The notes under the pieces: generated by a model
Told to the model about the DNA's origin: nothing
Databases searched by the model: none
The model's input: only the letters and a program-made list of their open reading frames with translations
DNA from: Flavobacteriales bacterium
GTDB lineage: Bacteria > Bacteroidota > Bacteroidia > Flavobacteriales_G > NORP312
Length of the DNA stretch: 38,215 bases
Direction of reading: 5' to 3'
Assembly (NCBI GenBank): GCA_018669945.1
Contig: JABHTA010000211.1
Location: 1-38,215, forward strand
Shown: positions 36,190 to 38,215 of the stretch, piece by piece
Position numbering within the stretch: the first letter of the stretch is position 1
Layout of the letters: every line of letters starts with the position of its first letter
Made by a program: the position numbers and the translations under genes

Positions 36190-37401
36190 ATGAGTAAAGA
36201 AGCATATATCATTGATGGAATAAGAACCGCTGTTGGAAATTTTGGGGGCTCTTTGGCTCTGGTTAGAGCTGATGATTTAGGCGCAATTGTTATCAAAGAA
36301 CTGATGCAAAGAAATGCAAATGTAAATCCAAAAGACATTGAGGATGTTATTATGGGGTGCGCCAATCAAGCAGGCGAAGACAATAGAAATATTTCTCGTA
36401 TGTCTTTGCTTTTAGCGGGATTGCCAAACTCTGTTCCTGGAGAAACAGTAAACAGGCTTTGTTCATCGGGTATGGCTGCAGCTATCAATTCCATGAGAGC
36501 TATTAAGAACGGAGATGGAGATATATATATCGCTGGAGGTATAGAAAGTATGACTCGCGCCCCCTGGGTCATTTCAAAAGCTTCAACTCCTTTTGGTAGA
36601 GACGCAAAAATGTTTGACTCTAGCTTTGGATGGAGATTTATTAACCCAAAAATGATGGAGTTATATGGCACTGAAGGTATGGGACAAACAGCAGAAAATT
36701 TAGTTGACAAGTACAACATTAGCAGAGAAGATCAAGATACATTTGCATATAATTCTCAAATAAAAGCTACTAAGGCCCAGGCAAGTGGAAGGCTAGCAGA
36801 AGAGATTGTTGATGTAGTGATACCTCAACGAAAAAAAGACCCAATTATCTTTAACAGTGATGAATTTATTAAACCGAATTCGAGCCTAGAAGGCTTAGGT
36901 AAATTGCGAACAGCTTTCAGAAAAGAAAATGGGTCAGTTACAGCTGGTAACGCTTCTGGACTTAATGATGGCGCTGCGGCACTATTAATTGCATCGGGAG
37001 AATATGCTGAAAAGAACAATCTAAAACCTATGGCGAGAATTGTATCTGGAGCAGTTGCCGGTGTAGAACCTCGAATTATGGGTATTGGACCAGTAGAGGC
37101 TTCACGTAAGGCCTTAAAACGAGCTGGAATAACAATGGATGAAATTGATATTATTGAGCTAAATGAGGCATTCGCTGCCCAAAGTATAGCCTGTATTAGA
37201 GAGTGGGGACTAGAAGATAATGACTCTAGAATAAATCCTAATGGCGGAGCAATAGCAATAGGTCACCCATTAGGCATGTCTGGTGCTAGATTATTGCAAA
37301 CAGCGGCTATTGAATTACAAAAGCAAAATAAGCAGTATGCACTTGTTACAATGTGTGTTGGTGTTGGACAAGGATATGCGACTGTTCTAGAAAGAATTTA
37401 G
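36190..37401 (+). CDS. paaJ: 3-oxoadipyl-CoA / 3-oxo-5,6-dehydrosuberyl-CoA thiolase (PaaJ/PcaF type)
   Basis: The track start at 36133 is TTG. The ATG at 36190 gives [22 protein letters not shown], the standard thiolase N-terminus. [16 protein letters not shown] is typical of the PcaF/PaaJ branch rather than AtoB. Other motifs: NRLCSSGM (active Cys), [31 protein letters not shown]. Confidence 0.85.
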   Translation: MSKEAYIIDGIRTAVGNFGGSLALVRADDLGAIVIKELMQRNANVNPKDIEDVIMGCANQAGEDNRNISRMSLLLAGLPNSVPGETVNRLCSSGMAAAINSMRAIKNGDGDIYIAGGIESMTRAPWVISKASTPFGRDAKMFDSSFGWRFINPKMMELYGTEGMGQTAENLVDKYNISREDQDTFAYNSQIKATKAQASGRLAEEIVDVVIPQRKKDPIIFNSDEFIKPNSSLEGLGKLRTAFRKENGSVTAGNASGLNDGAAALLIASGEYAEKNNLKPMARIVSGAVAGVEPRIMGIGPVEASRKALKRAGITMDEIDIIELNEAFAAQSIACIREWGLEDNDSRINPNGGAIAIGHPLGMSGARLLQTAAIELQKQNKQYALVTMCVGVGQGYATVLERI

Positions 37402-37555
37402 ATATATACTACAACATACCTTACACTTTATTATTAGGAAATTTAATCAAAATGAGGCGTAAGAGAAAAAGTTACCATTATATATCTTTTATCTGATGGC
37501 TTTACGACAGCTGCGTATAAGATTTTTAACCTTCCCGCAAAAATATAAATATAGC

Positions 37556-38215
37556 CTATTTTTTAAGCTTCTTTTCTATTCTAAACTGATGATTAACATT
37601 TTCTTCTCCGCTCATATCAATGACCTCAATTGTTACAGGTAAATACAAATCTGGCATAATCATCATTTTACCTTCATTTTTCCACATATAATCGGGTTCT
37701 TCAGCATAAGTTTTTGGAATTTGATTAGAGTAAACCTGATGAAATATTTCATATCCTTTTTTATTATAAATATGAACTTCGTAATAATCCATATTAGCAC
37801 TATCGAAATCATTTCGGGTTAGAAAAACATGCAGCATACCACCAGAGGCTTTTCGTTTATAGCGTTCAGCATATTTATCGTGCCTATCTTTCGACATTCC
37901 CTCATTTTTCATTCTATACTTTAAATCTGAAAGTAATTTTTTCTGTGTATCGTAGGTTATATTAGTTACGCCAATTTCTGAGTTTGCACCTCCTACTCTG
38001 GTAATTAAAATATCATCAAAATATTTTGTTTCGTTAATAGGCCAATCATCTGTATAAAAATTATATTTTACAATTGAAAACTTAGATGTTGCGCTTATAG
38101 CTTCACCTTTTTTTAGGGGTTCATTTACTTTGCTTTCGCCTTCAACTCCTAAAAAGTTAACTTGAATTTCATCTGTGCTTTTAATGTATTCTGCTTGTTT
38201 AAATGCTTTTGTTAG
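37556..38215 (-). CDS. Hypothetical protein, 3' part (5' end lies beyond the window)
   Basis: The frame of the listed 37556..37912 ORF remains open for all 101 codons up to nt 38215 (LTKAFKQAEYIKSTDEIQVNFLGVEGESKVNEPLKKGEAISATSKF...), so the listed Met is internal. No family recognised. Confidence 0.55.
   Translation of the reverse strand, partial: LTKAFKQAEYIKSTDEIQVNFLGVEGESKVNEPLKKGEAISATSKFSIVKYNFYTDDWPINETKYFDDILITRVGGANSEIGVTNITYDTQKKLLSDLKYRMKNEGMSKDRHDKYAERYKRKASGGMLHVFLTRNDFDSANMDYYEVHIYNKKGYEIFHQVYSNQIPKTYAEEPDYMWKNEGKMMIMPDLYLPVTIEVIDMSGEENVNHQFRIEKKLKK

Noticed and set aside
36133-36365. Track ORFs 35568..36365 (-) and 36133..37401 (+) overlap each other by more than 230 nt
   Set aside because: The plus ORF's listed start is TTG and adds 19 non-thiolase residues. 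The ATG at 36190 gives the canonical thiolase N-terminus. The first 81 codons of the minus ORF are simply antisense to the thiolase gene, and the internal ATG at 36122 removes the conflict. The long versions are artefacts of longest-ORF calling. The same applies to TTG starts at 1033 (ATG at 1042 preferred) and 32946 (ATG at 32955 preferred).
1-38215. Window-wide look for CRISPR arrays, tandem repeats, tRNA/rRNA/tmRNA/RNase P signatures, transposases, integrases, toxin-antitoxin pairs and known defence-gene signatures
   Set aside because: None was found by eye. The only sizeable repeat is the T9SS gene duplication. No short regularly spaced repeats, T-loop-like GGTTCGAAT motifs in intergenic DNA, or recombinase motifs were found. 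A computational scan (tRNAscan-SE, Infernal, CRISPR finders, DefenseFinder/PADLOC) would be needed to make this negative result firm.

Overview
This is an AT-rich chromosomal segment that reads as Bacteroidota, probably Flavobacteriia-like. The evidence is gldF/gldG gliding-motility genes, three proteins ending in type IX secretion (T9SS) C-terminal sorting domains, and TAnnTTTG -7 promoter motifs 20-55 nt upstream of most operon-first genes. Start/stop overlaps of 1-7 nt (TAATG, ATGA, TAGTG, ATGGTAA) are also common.

I support 33 protein-coding genes, two of them cut by the window edges. In order they are:
- two tandem T9SS surface-protein paralogues
- an OmpR-type two-component pair
- a SulP transporter with a USP-like protein
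- a minus-strand operon of M1 aminopeptidase, ruvX, def and a TPR lipoprotein
- gldF, gldG, a DUF4340-like gene and dnaN
- a 1136-aa LamG / PNGase-F-like T9SS protein
- a Pif1/RecD-like helicase coupled to a radical SAM gene
- an S41 protease and a DUF1573-like protein
- divergent paaABCD and paaE plus an extra ferredoxin
- four translationally coupled genes (secreted barrel-like protein, PD40/TolB-like lipoprotein, SRPBCC protein, family III CoA-transferase)
- an outer-membrane barrel, a small membrane protein, a PaaJ/PcaF-type thiolase and a partial hypothetical

I found no rRNA, tRNA, CRISPR array, transposase, integrase or other mobile-element signature. Most of the window looks like core genome, and I do not see a clear-cut new defence system.

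The observations most worth follow-up are:
1. The four-gene envelope/CoA-transferase module sits inside a paa locus that has no CoA ligase in view.
2. The helicase and radical SAM genes overlap by 1 nt, and the radical SAM has a CX4CX2C cluster motif.
3. The tandem T9SS cargo genes share an ungapped 3' module and a decayed terminator copy.
4. A promoter-hairpin-terminator unit at about 8992-9095 could be a small RNA.

All functional calls rest on motifs read by eye and on recalled family knowledge. None has been checked by a database search.
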